Shown here in pieces: positions 1 through 10,870 of a DNA stretch of 64,000 nt. Made by a program: the position numbers and the translations under genes. The DNA comes from Lytechinus pictus. Lineage: Eukaryota. Positions within the stretch are counted from its first letter, which is position 1. The number at the start of each line of letters is the position of its first letter. The stretch spans positions 5,334,001-5,398,000 of the forward strand of contig NC_087246.1 in the NCBI RefSeq assembly GCF_037042905.1. The letters are read 5' to 3'. The notes under the pieces are model-generated. The model was not told the origin of the DNA. It did not search any database and saw nothing but the letters and a program-made list of their open reading frames with translations.

Positions 1-2196
1 AGTGACTGGTGTTAAGTATTACTTTACTACTACTTACACGAATATAATAGCGTCGGACTGTACGCGCACAGAAGCTGACTCCGGGATCTTTCGGAGGGGA
101 TCAATGGTTGCAGTTACCGATTATCTGCAAGTGCAAAGCAAATTCCACTGTAGATTGTAGGTCCTAAATATGCAGCTTATAAGTACTGTTCCAGATCTCT
201 AGATATTCTGGAATTTAATTGTCTATATCCACTATCCAGTCCAAATTCTTCCAGATTCTTCAAGTTCAAAATTGAAGGAAGCAGACTACACAGACATGAC
301 AGAAGGAGTCCGACGTCGCGACTAATTCTGCGCATCAGAATAGTATGGTATTTTTAAATAGGCACATTTGATGCTTGTATTTCCTTCTTCAATTTCTTCT
401 AGTTATGTGACGGTAGGCCTATGACATATCTCGTACTTACTGTGAAAGGCCTAGCCAGCTGCAAAGGACGAGGGCGTTTCTGGAAATTCTGGTCTTGAAC
501 TACATTTTTTTTCTTGTTTTTCTCCTTTATTTTCTATATTAATCGACACATTTGCATCCCCCGGTGCATGCAGCCTCTCTATTCTACCCCATCTTTATTT
601 TTGTTTTCCCCTTTTTAGTTCCTCTTTCCCTTCCCATTATTTTCCTTCTCTCTCGATTTCTTTTCCCCTTATTGCTGGGGGATACCAAGGGTGACATGGA
701 TAGACAAGCAAACTTACTTGATCGACCCCGGCCCCCCTTGGCCCCATTGGAAATTATGCGAGTAGTCGTCTGTATATCATTATCAATTCTCCAATGAACC
801 AGTTTCTAACGTTCTCAACACTGTGTATATTATGCCGGGATATTATGTTGACTGTCAAACAAATATCCAACAAACTATAGTTTCCAACATTGTGTCAATG
901 TTAACTGTCAACAACTCTCCAATAAACTATTCCAATTACGCTGTCCACGTTGTGCCATTGTCCGTTGTTCAACAACTCTCCATCAAACTAGTTTCCAACT
1001 TTGTCAACGTTGTGCCATTGTCGACTGTCCAACAAATCTCCAAGAAAATAGTTTCCAACGTTGTTCCTTTGTCGGTTGTTCAGCAACTCTCCATCGAACT
1101 AGTTTCCGACGTAGTCAACGCTGTGCCTTTGTTGGCTGTTCAACACCTATCCAATCAAACACGCGTTTCCAACGTTGTGACGTTGTTGGCTGTCCAACAA
1201 ATCTCCAACACACTAGTTTCCAATGTTGTGCCATTGTCTGTTGTTCAACAACTTTCCAACGTTGCCAACGTTGTGTCATCGTCGACTATCCTACTGATCT
1301 CCAATCTACCAGTTTCCAACGTTGTGCCAGTGTCAGTTGTTCAACAACCTCCCTTCTAATTAGTTTCCAGCCTTATCAATGTTGTGTCATTGTATACTAT
1401 CTAACAAATCTCCAATCTACCAGTTTCCAACGTTGTGCCATCGTCGACTATCCAACAAATCTCCATCGAACTAGTTTCTAGCTTTGACAACGTTGTGCCA
1501 TAGTTGGTTGTTCAACAACTTTCCATCGAACTAGTTTCCAACGTTGCCAACCTTGTGTCATCGTCGACTATCCAACTAATCTCCAACCTACTAGTTTCCA
1601 TCGTTGTGCCATTGTCGACTGTCCAACAACTCTCCAACTAACAAGTTTCCAACGTTGCCAACGTCGTGTCATTGTTGATTGTTCAACAACTTTCCAGCGA
1701 ACTAGTTTCCAACGTTGCCAACGTTGTGCCTTTGCTGGCTGTCAACAACTATCCAATCAAACGTGTCTCCAACGTTGTGACATTGTCGACTGTCCAACTA
1801 CTCTCCAACTTACTAGTCTCCAACGTTGTGCCATTGTCGACCGTCCAACAAATCTCCAACAAACTCGTTTCCAACTTTGTCAACGTTGTGCCATTGTCGG
1901 TTGTTCAACAACTTTCCAGCGAACTAGTTTCCAACGTTGCCAATGTTGTGCCTTTGCTGGCTGTTCAACAACTATCCAATCAAACGTGTTTCCAACGTTG
2001 TGACATTGTCGACTGTCCAACAACTCTCCAACTAACAAGTTGCCAACGTTGCCAACGTCGTGTCATTGTTGATTGTCCATCATCTTTCCATCAAACTAGT
2101 TTCCAACGTCGATTCAACGTTAATCCATCAAGTTTTTCCAACGTCCAACGACTTTCAAGTTTCCAACGTGGAGCCAACGTTGGCTTGTTACCTGGG
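1..2196. mobile_element. Right end of a non-autonomous EnSpm/CACTA-like DNA element (copy 1; left part lies outside the window)
   Basis: Near-identical to 24565-25133 plus 26670-28304. Ends in ...TTGTTACCTGGG followed by TA, the reverse complement of CCCAGGTAACAA at 10979. Sequence beyond the TACA after the terminus differs from copy 2. Confidence 0.85.
860..2185. repeat. Subterminal tandem array of about 51/60-bp units built on the CAACGTTG palindrome
   Basis: Unit approximately TTCCAACGTTGTGCCATTGTCGACTGTCCAACAAATCTCCAACAAACTAGT (51 bp), often with an extra 9-bp GCCAACGTT. Unit lengths divisible by 3 explain the repetitive ORFs at 823-1359 and 1666-2250. Confidence 0.9.
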
Positions 2197-2681
2197 TACA
2201 GTGATACTCGTATAAATCAAATTGATCATCATAAAGTTGAAACCTTATAGATTCGATCATATGATGTGTATGGCTATATTATATGAATATGGGTGCATGA
2301 CATTTTGCACATAAACAAACACCGCCCCGTCGGTCTCTTGCCCGTTGGCGCTGGCTGATTGGCTATTATTTTTGACCTGTGTTTGTAAGCAAATTAGGTC
2401 AGCGCGTGATAGGTTAATGAATATTTATAAGTCACTGTCAGTAACGGGATTTTATTGGCTGTATGTTAATGAAGATATGACGTCATACCTCATTAGGTGT
2501 TTGTCCGCTGATGCGTGTAAACTTTTTGTAATGATGTACACAGCGTATGCAATACGTTTGAACATGCGGGTTTCTTTTGTTTCTTTTGTTTACTCTTTCT
2601 ACTCAAACGATACGCCTCTAGCACACGATGTAATGGGCATTATGTTTTACTTTCCCCAGAAATGGGGATTAGATTCAAATT

Positions 2682-2986
2682 CCGGGGGGACCACTTCCAT
2701 TGATGAGTGGATACCAGGCACGACCATGGGGTTTCGAAAAGTACCCTAAACAAGGGAAGCAAGTATTTTCCAGATTATGAAAATGCATCTTTTAACAATT
2801 ATTTGGCTTGTGAAACCCTACAAGTATTGGAAATATATCCCTTTTTTTTTTCCAGTATTTTAATCATCGTTTTTGACACCTTTATAACGTTACATAGGGC
2901 TATACGTAACGTACTTACGCACTCTTTCCCTTGCTACGCGTGATTGCGCCTGGTATCCACTCTTCAATGGAAGTGGGCCCCCCGGG
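2682..2986. mobile_element. CCGGG(G)n-ended MITE, internally shortened
   Basis: Left end CCGGGGGGACCACTTCCATTGATGAGTGGATACCAGGC pairs with right end GCCTGGTATCCACTCTTCAATGGAAGTGGGCCCCCCGG. Same family as 10139-28595 and 28648-29236. Confidence 0.75.
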
Positions 2987-3532
2987 CGGCCTCTCGAGCT
3001 CTGGGAGGAACCAAAATGTGGATTTGGAAAGTCGTCCTAAATCGGATATATCGCTGTTACCATAGTAGCAACCAGAATTTTGCACACGAAACGCAAATTG
3101 AATGTTTCCGTTCCAGATGCGAAACGAAAAAAAATCTCATGTCACACAATTTGCATTGCAGGACAGAGTTTTTAGACCATGACGACGGGCCCAAAAGTCT
3201 CTTCCAAAATCAACTAACGTCGTAAATAAGCGTTCGCGTTCTTCCAACGAAAGGTCGGGAATGACAACACGACAAAGACAATTTTTTTATAGTGCCAATG
3301 GGCTTTATTATGCAATGTGCATCTTATTTGTAATAAATAGTAGTGTATATTTTGACAATCAAAACAAACTTGCAGTCTTGCCCAAGATATTTATCTCACA
3401 ATGTTAAACTTTAACCCACATATATGCCGGTACAACTAATAATTACTTTTTTTGCAAGAGCCAAATGACCTTTTCATCGGGGAGATGATATTCTTTAAAA
3501 CCAATTTCCCTCATCTGATTTTCCGATAACAG

Positions 3533-3694
3533 ATGTATATGCGACAGTGAGAGGGAATTTCTTCGAGGTATCGTCCTTACGTAGTCACTCTAAAGAATAT
3601 TTTGCCTATACGATGGACCCTACTAACGGCTGGTACGAAGGAACAGTGTCAGCAATTACTTTGGACAATAGCATTGGTATTATTTGCTGTACAT
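3533..3694 (+). CDS. Internal coding exon (phase 1/1) upstream of the discoidin domains; domain not recognised
   Basis: AG at 3531-3532 and GTGAGT at 3695. 162 nt, open in one frame only (VYATVRGNFFEVSSLRSHSKEYFAYTMDPTNGWYEGTVSAITLDNSIGIICCT). Joins in frame to the exon at 4619. Confidence 0.6.
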
Positions 3695-4618
3695 GTGAGT
3701 GTTTATAAAAAACTTAATAATGATAATAATTTTATTTGATTTAAGAATGATTACTTCACAATGAAGCGCCCACTTTATAAACAGACTATTGTCCAAATCA
3801 AGGATCAGTCTCCTGTGGCGTATCACATTGAATGTTCAACTGCTCCTAAACTTAAAGTTTATAAATCATCTGTTGCAGGGACGCGTCTTCAGCGTTGTCT
3901 TGAAATATTATGTTGAGAGGTAGATGAATTGATAAAAGAAGATATAGACTGTTTGCGATAGAGACAGGAGGCGGGTGGCTGGGGTGCAGGGGAGACCGCC
4001 CCCTATGATTTTTCAAATAATGAAAAAAAGCGGGGAGGGGACAAGGGAAACAAGACGGGGGAAAAGATTTTATCAAGGGAAAGATTTGAGTGCCTAACTA
4101 TTTAGTACCCTTGTAATACAATCAATAATAAACTAAGACGTCACATGTAGGCATTCTAAAATTGATTTGAACAAAAAAATATAACGCTGAAAATTTCCTT
4201 ATAATATGATGTACTATACGAATATTATGGAATTTTAAGGTTGACTGAATTTGACAGAAGTGTCATAAGGTTAGCCTGGTCCGTAATCAAATAAGGAAAC
4301 CAATGCCGCCACCCACTCCAAATTATGTTCATTTGTATGAAACATAAAACTTTCTTCGCATTATGTTGGAAAACAAAGTTTGATTGCAGTACAAATGTGA
4401 AATACTTTAAAAGCAGCATGGTGTTTACTTTGTAAAGGCAGAGTAGCAAATAAAAAAATGTAATGTCTTCATTTATTTATAAAAAGTTCATATAGAATTT
4501 TCCATTGATGTAGCTCTCACCTTTCACAAGGTACGTGATGTTTGTATTTTCCCCTTTTATTCAAATTAATTCCAATTATGACAAATAAGATAATTATTTG
4601 TTTCCCTATTTTCGACAG

Positions 4619-4944
4619 TGCGTTCATGCAGCGCACCATCAGGTAGTCCTGTCGGTCTCGAAAGCGGTAAAATTCCTGACGATGCTATTACAGTTTCAAG
4701 TGAATTCAGTTACCTCGTTGATAGCTCGAAATTGCGCCTGAATGGTCCTTCTGCCTGGGTCCCTAGTAATAGTGACGTTAACCCCTGGCTTCAGATTACT
4801 TTCAATTCAACATTTGTCATCACTGCTATCACAACACAAGGCATGTCAAATGCTGAACAGTGGATGACGTCATACACTGTGTCCTTCAGTGAAGGAGGAA
4901 CATCCTGGACCTACTACAAAGATATCGTTACAAATTCAGTCAAG
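4619..4944 (+). CDS. F5/8 type C (discoidin) domain protein, domain 1 N-terminal exon
   Basis: Acceptor TTTTCGACAG, donor AAG|GTAAAC. Translation CSAPSGSPVGLESGKIPDDAITVSS...RLNGPSAW...PWLQITF...ITAITTQG...WMTSYTVSFSEGGTSWTYY matches the FA58C consensus. Confidence 0.93.
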
Positions 4945-5092
4945 GTAAACACCAAACCTTTTATAACCTTCCACTTTTTCACTTTAATTAACGCACTCAA
5001 TAAGAGATTAATGTGAATTTCTGAAAATGATAATATCAATTGATGGTTCTTTTGTGGGTGACCAAAACAAATTCTGAAGAGAAAATGAGTTA

Positions 5093-5323
5093 CACTGCAA
5101 AAACTCCGGTGTTGGTTTAACACCAGCCCGGAATCTATATATGTCCACACCAGAGAAGTGTTAAACAACACCAGTTTCGTTTTGGTCTAACACCAGAAAG
5201 GTGTTTATACAACACCAATTAGTATTAAAACAGCATCGGTTTGATTCAAAACTGGTGTTGGTTCAATACTTCTCAGGTGTGGACATATATAGATTCCGGG
5301 TTGGTGTTAAATCAACACCGGAG
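5093..5323. mobile_element. CACTG-ended palindromic MITE, right terminus lost
   Basis: Starts TA|CACTGCAAAAAC. CTCCGGTGTTGGTTTAACACCAGCCCGGAATCTATATATGTCCACACC pairs with GGTGTGGACATATATAGATTCCGGGTTGGTGTTAAATCAACACCGGAG. Internal AACACC repeats. Confidence 0.75.
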
Positions 5324-5628
5324 CGGCTTAAAAGCAGGCGCAGTTCTGGTTATTTTTTTTTAAGGAAGAGGTTTGGGTTCTGGGTTGGAAATGAGTGACA
5401 TTAGATATCCTCCCACAAGCTAATGAATATTATCAATTCGCGTGCTGGCATTCAGCAATTCATTAATTCAGTAAAAGGACAAAAAAACACGTAACTTTTG
5501 AATGGAGTATCTAATCTTACTATGATTAAAATATTTTCAATATAATAGTATCTTATCTTTAATGGATCTCTATCACTTGTTTAATTTCTTGGTAGCTTTG
5601 TACTTTGTACGAACCCTAACCCACTCCA

Positions 5629-5795
5629 CACTAGCGTACCTACGGGGGTGGGCAGGGGGGGCACTCTGCCCCCCCTGACGAGTCACAACCCATGCAAAAA
5701 CGTCTCTTTGCCCCCCCTGACGGGCTTGAAAAACCTTTTTTGCCCCCCCCTGACGAGCTTTAAGACCTTGAATGCCCCCCTGACGAGCTTGAAGA

Positions 5796-5838
<43 letters not shown>

Positions 5839-5883
5839 TGTCAATTTTTTTCTGGTACGAAAACCTTTATTTGTGACCGAAGA

Positions 5884-5919
<36 letters not shown>

Positions 5920-5979
5920 TGTCAAATTTTTTGGCGGACGGTTTTGCCCCCCCTGCGGAAAATCCTAGGTACGCCACTG
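5629..5979. mobile_element. hAT-like MITE with 8-bp TSD
   Basis: Imperfect TIR CACTAGCGTACCTA / TAGGTACGCCACTG. Perfect TSD CCACTCCA at 5621-5628 and 5980-5987. Internal CCCCCTGACGAG repeats. A second copy lies in opposite orientation at 47848-48189. Confidence 0.88.
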
Positions 5980-6957
5980 CCACTCCACCTACCCTACCCG
6001 GTCATTTAATTGTTGGCACTTACGGTTGCCCATAGAAATTTACATTACGCAGAACTTACGCGGCATTTTATAACTAGCCCTTGTCAATGATTTGAAACCG
6101 CATTCCACTTTATGTTTTATCACATTGAAAATCAATATGAAATCACTCTTTCGAATTGGAAGATTTGATGAGGTTCTACATCAGAAGTAAGTTCCCCCAA
6201 AGAATCTTCAGGGGAGTTTCTGATGTTGTGTGTCTCCCATTTCAATAAAATTGTAATAGTCTTTACAGTCGAACGCCCTACTTAGATATAAAACATATTC
6301 CGATTATGTAAAGTTTCCTATTCAATGAATTGATAATATAACCATGCAAGTTAATAAGGTTCCATTTTGTGGAAACGATTTAAAAAAAATCCAAATTGCG
6401 CATCACTTATAAGAGATTTGTAGCTAAGTAAATTATGCAAATGATTAAAAGAATCCTAAAATCGTTGAAAAGTATGGTAATTATGAAATGGATCGATAAT
6501 TAAAAAACATGTAAATCACCTTTGTATTTGACTTGTGAAATGTACAATTTAGAAGGAACTAGAGCAGTACATTTAAAGTGTGACATAGTGGATGCAAAAT
6601 GAATATGATCGCTTTCTTGATGACCACTGGACTTAAATTATTATTACCACAATTACTGTTTCATTTTATATTCCCAACGATTTAGAGCAATTCATTTTCA
6701 CTCACTGATTTGAAAAAAAAAAAATTGCAAACATTTTGTTTTAGCAAGAACTTGACAAAACTGTTATCGCTAGAGCAATTACCAGAACCATTAAGGTCAA
6801 GCAGCATCACATCTCAGGTATATAGCAATGCAATGAACATGTACTCTTCAAGCCTTTAGTTGTTGCTGTAATATATTTTGAATATCCTGTAATTCGCTTC
6901 ACTACAAGTTACCAGAGTATTACAGGTCTACCAATTGATGGGCTCGTAATCTTTGAT

Positions 6958-7449
6958 CAGGGTTGGGCTCAGTTACTTTCTTCAATTACAATTATGTAAT
7001 TGAAGAAATAATCAAATGCAAATACTTTTTTTTTCAATGACAATTACCAATTACTTTTGTCAATTACAATTACGATTTCAATTACTTTCTAGAAAAGTCA
7101 TAAATGAAACCAATTTTTATTACATAGTACCACCTATTTCAACATAATTCTAAGTTACAAAGAAACTGGCAAGATGAAGGTTTAGGTTTAAGAGCACGGA
7201 TTCTACCTGTTAGTCTCTTTAATTCTGAAGCAATTGACATGAAGAAGGGCATGAAATTAGATTATAGATTAAGTACATTTATTGTAAAGTAATTGAATCT
7301 AATTCAAAGTAATTGACAGTAATTGAAGGCAATTATATTTTTCAAATACTATTACTTTCCCTTTCAAAACTTCAATTGCAATTACTCAAAAACATGTAAT
7401 TAATTACGTAATTGATCCATTACCTTGTAATTGAGGCCAATTAACCCTG
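6958..7449. mobile_element. hAT-like MITE with AATTAC subterminal repeats
   Basis: CAGGGTT...AACCCTG termini. TSD TCTTTGAT / TCTTTGAC. AATTAC motifs in the left half, GTAATT motifs in the right half. Confidence 0.8.
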
Positions 7450-7544
7450 TCTTTGACCACGAAAATAGTAAACTCACACTTCCCTGTTTTGACCATCACT
7501 CCAAATCATATTCATTGTAGTGTCATATTGATATTCTCTGTCAG

Positions 7545-7701
7545 GTTTTCACAGGTAACTACGACCAAAATAGTTATGTAGTCCACACCTTCTTTACACC
7601 GATAGTTTGCCGATATTTTCGTATCCATCCAAAGACGAAGAAAGATTACGCAGCACTCAGATTAGAGCTTACGGGCTACGGACCTATCAATGAATTATTA
7701 G
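7545..7701 (+). CDS. Discoidin domain 1 C-terminal exon
   Basis: Acceptor TTCTCTGTCAG, donor G|GTGAGA. VFTGNYDQNSYVVHTFFTPIVCRYFRIHPKTKKDYAALRLELTGYGPINELL. Phase 0 start matches the previous donor. Not in the ORF track. Confidence 0.92.
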
Positions 7702-7946
7702 GTGAGATTGATGGGGACACTACATTTACTTCCTTGCTATTTTATCAACAAAATTGTATCTAAGTAAGGCCATGTGCCATGTAGAATATTCATTTTAATT
7801 ATTGAGATCGAATATTGACAACATGTCATTGTTGTGCACGTAACCTTTCAAGACGTACTTCCGTGTCACGTGCAAAAAAAAGTATCCATTGTTTTTTCTT
7901 ACGTTTTACGAACAAGCCTTTTCACACAATTTTCATGCATATTCAG

Positions 7947-8161
7947 CTGGTATGAATGTGGGTGAATCTGGATGTTCACATTCTCTGAGAGGGGATAAAA
8001 TGGGAGTAGAAGATGGACGAATCCCAGACTCTAGTCTTACCGCTTCATCGTCGTACAGCGAAGACTTTATTCCACCAGCTGGGAGATTAAATGGAGGAGT
8101 GACTATACATAATAATGCTGCATGGCTTGCAACGAATAATGATGGAGATAAATGGGTCAAG
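7947..8161 (+). CDS. Discoidin domain 2 first exon
   Basis: Acceptor ATTCAG, donor AAG|GTGAGT. ...GCSHSLRGDKMGVEDGRIPDSSLTASSSYSEDFIPPAGRLNGG...AAWLATNNDGDKWVK. Phase 1 start is compatible. Confidence 0.9.
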
Positions 8162-10282
8162 GTGAGTAATAACTAAATTGAATCAAAGATTAATTAATCA
8201 ATAAATATTATCAATACATTCAGAACCGACGCTTGATTCAACAATCAACGTCACTTTATGAGCCTTAACCCAACCCCCTCCAGACTATACAGTGACATTT
8301 GATAATGTCTTGGGAACTGATCTTCCTACCATCATATACATTTAATTTTCAAGGACCTATTTTACAAAGAGTATATGATGTATTTTTTTTAACATATAAA
8401 TAATTACAGTATATGACATTAATTTCTTCCTCATCCTCATTAAACTTTACTTTGGCTAGCATTTGTTCAATGATGTATTTGCATATTGGAAAGGAATATT
8501 AGATGTGTAATTGTTTCATTATAAACTTACCCATTTGTATTGATTACCTGGTAAGAATAATAATTATTATGTTTTATGTGTTATTTGTGTATTCAGATTG
8601 AGTGCCTTTTAGTGTGTGAAAATTAAATCTATCTTTTCCATAATTGCCTAAAAGAATAATGCGAGCGAGACGCGCGAGGTAAATACTTTATTATACTGAC
8701 CAGATAAGGAGTATTTTTATGACTCTTGGTATGAAATCATTAAGAGGAAACGTGTATCATTGATCAAGTGATGCGCGCGCGTAGTGCGAGCTGAACTTTG
8801 TTGATATTCTGATAAGAAAACGGGATTGATATATTGACGCAAAATGGGATCTTTTTATTAAGAACCACTTTAGTTATTCGGACCAGTAAAAAGTAATTCT
8901 AATTAACTTAAGCAGCGTTGGATCCCAAACTAACGGCATTGCAAGATTGTAAATAGTAGCCCGCAGGCTAGTTAGAACATATCTGAAAATGTTTTAAAAT
9001 CTTAATTGTGTTATGAATAACGCATATTAATCCAAGTATAGTTTTATAAAGCGCCACATATTTAAACACAAAAATCAATTTATCCTCTCAATTTTTTCAT
9101 TTCTACTTGAGATGGAAATGGACACTGGCCATTAGTGTATTCCTATTTTGAAGGTTCGATATCTCAATTTCACTTGTGAATGTTGCTGTAACGTTAGAGC
9201 TGTCATCCAGCAACATTTTGATACATGAATGACGAATTTATGACATATAAAAGCGGAGATATGGCAAGTTACATTTCACCTTCCCCTTAAAAGTTATTGA
9301 TTTTTTTTTTCTCCAGTTTTTGCTATTTTACATTGCTCTTTAAATTCAACGGTAGTAAAAAAGTGATACCACAATTTGAGACTACTACCTATACCTAGCA
9401 GTGATCTAGAGGGTCTATACTAACTACCTATGGTATAAAAACTTTTCTGTGGTGTGGGTTGTACGAACTCATTTTTCACAGGTCCTTGCTCCCGGACTAT
9501 AAAGAACTAACTTTGGAACTAAAGGTATACCGGGTGGTGTGAAAAAATGGGGACTGTGGAACGGGATCGCGGTAGAGTAGGTACAGTGCACGCTAGCGCT
9601 GTGCATGTACAAAACACCATGCATGCTATTCGCAAGTTGTACAGTTGTAAGACGAGAAAATCCAGTGCTTTCACGTACGTCCGACCGCTCATCACAACAT
9701 GCCCGCCTGATCGCTCCCGGGGCTCCGGTCGCTGGGCTGGATATATCAGGCCTATATGTACATGGTGTATTATGACATGGATAAGAAAGTGTTTTTTTTT
9801 CAAACAAATCGAGTACTTATTAAATGAGAAAAAAACTTACTGAATTAAGGTTTAGGTATAATTATATCAATACAGTCCATCGAATGAATATTGCATCTAA
9901 CGTTGATTATTGGTTAATCACTGGTAATTAAATCCGTTGGTCGTATTCAGCTCTCCAGCTAACCATTTCGCATGCGTTGATATTGCACAGCAAAAACTGT
10001 CTGAAAATGATCCGGGTTTTTTCTTTTTCTGGCTCCTCCTACACAAACGGAAAGCAATCTCGCACACAATGTGAAGGACATATACCCCATGAGCATTATG
10101 TTTCACTTTCCCCGAAATGGGGGATTAGATTTCAAATTCCGGGGGGGGGGGCACTCTCATTAACGAGTGGATACCAGGCGCGACCATTGGATTTCAAAAA
10201 GCACGTACCCTAAGCAAGTATTTTCCATATTCTGAAAATGCACCCCTTATTAACATATCGGCGTGTGAAACCCTACCCTTAA

Positions 10283-10870
10283 AGGGATGCTCCGGGCTGA
10301 AGATATTTATACCTAAATAAATAAGAGTAAAATTCACAAAGCAAAATGCTGCAAATTTCATCATAACTGGGTAGCAAATAACGAAGTAATTTGCGTAAAA
10401 CAGTAGTATGTGCAAGTCGTTATGAATATTCATTAGATGGGCTGATGATGTCACATCCCCACTTTCCCTTTTCTTATGTTATTACAAGAAATCATGATTT
10501 TTCCATTTCTCATACATGACTTTGTGTCCATGATGTGTCTCCATTATAATGAAATAAGTTGCATCAATAAATAACTCATGCACTTAATCAGTTTTCAATC
10601 CAATTATTTTAGTTTATGGTAGAAATTTTTTGAATAAACCTATTTTCATATAATAAGATACAAACGAACAAGCGGGGATATGACATCATCACTTTGCTCA
10701 TTGAATATTCATGAAGACATGCCTAGAACTGTTTCGCTGGAATAATGCAAATCTTAAAATGCCATAGCTATGTTATTCCTTGTGCGAGTTTGATCGAATT
10801 TTCAGTGTTTCGTTTGTCTGATTTTTCTATATCTGTTAAAATCATATTGTTTTCAGCCTGGAGCATCCCT
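10283..10870. mobile_element. Kolobok-like non-autonomous element (TTAA target)
   Basis: TTAA|AGGGATGCTCCGGGCTGAA...TTCAGCCTGGAGCATCCCT|TTTA. Internal inverted GAATATTCAT...GATGTCA motifs are shared with 34625-35508. Confidence 0.8.

Noticed and set aside
823..2250. Repetitive ORFs (SNVVPLSTVQQ...) here and at 26929-28394 as a repeat protein
   Set aside because: They are translations of 51/60-bp subterminal units. They are broken by stops, and frameshifts differ between the two copies (823-1359 versus 26929-27159 plus 27120-27467).
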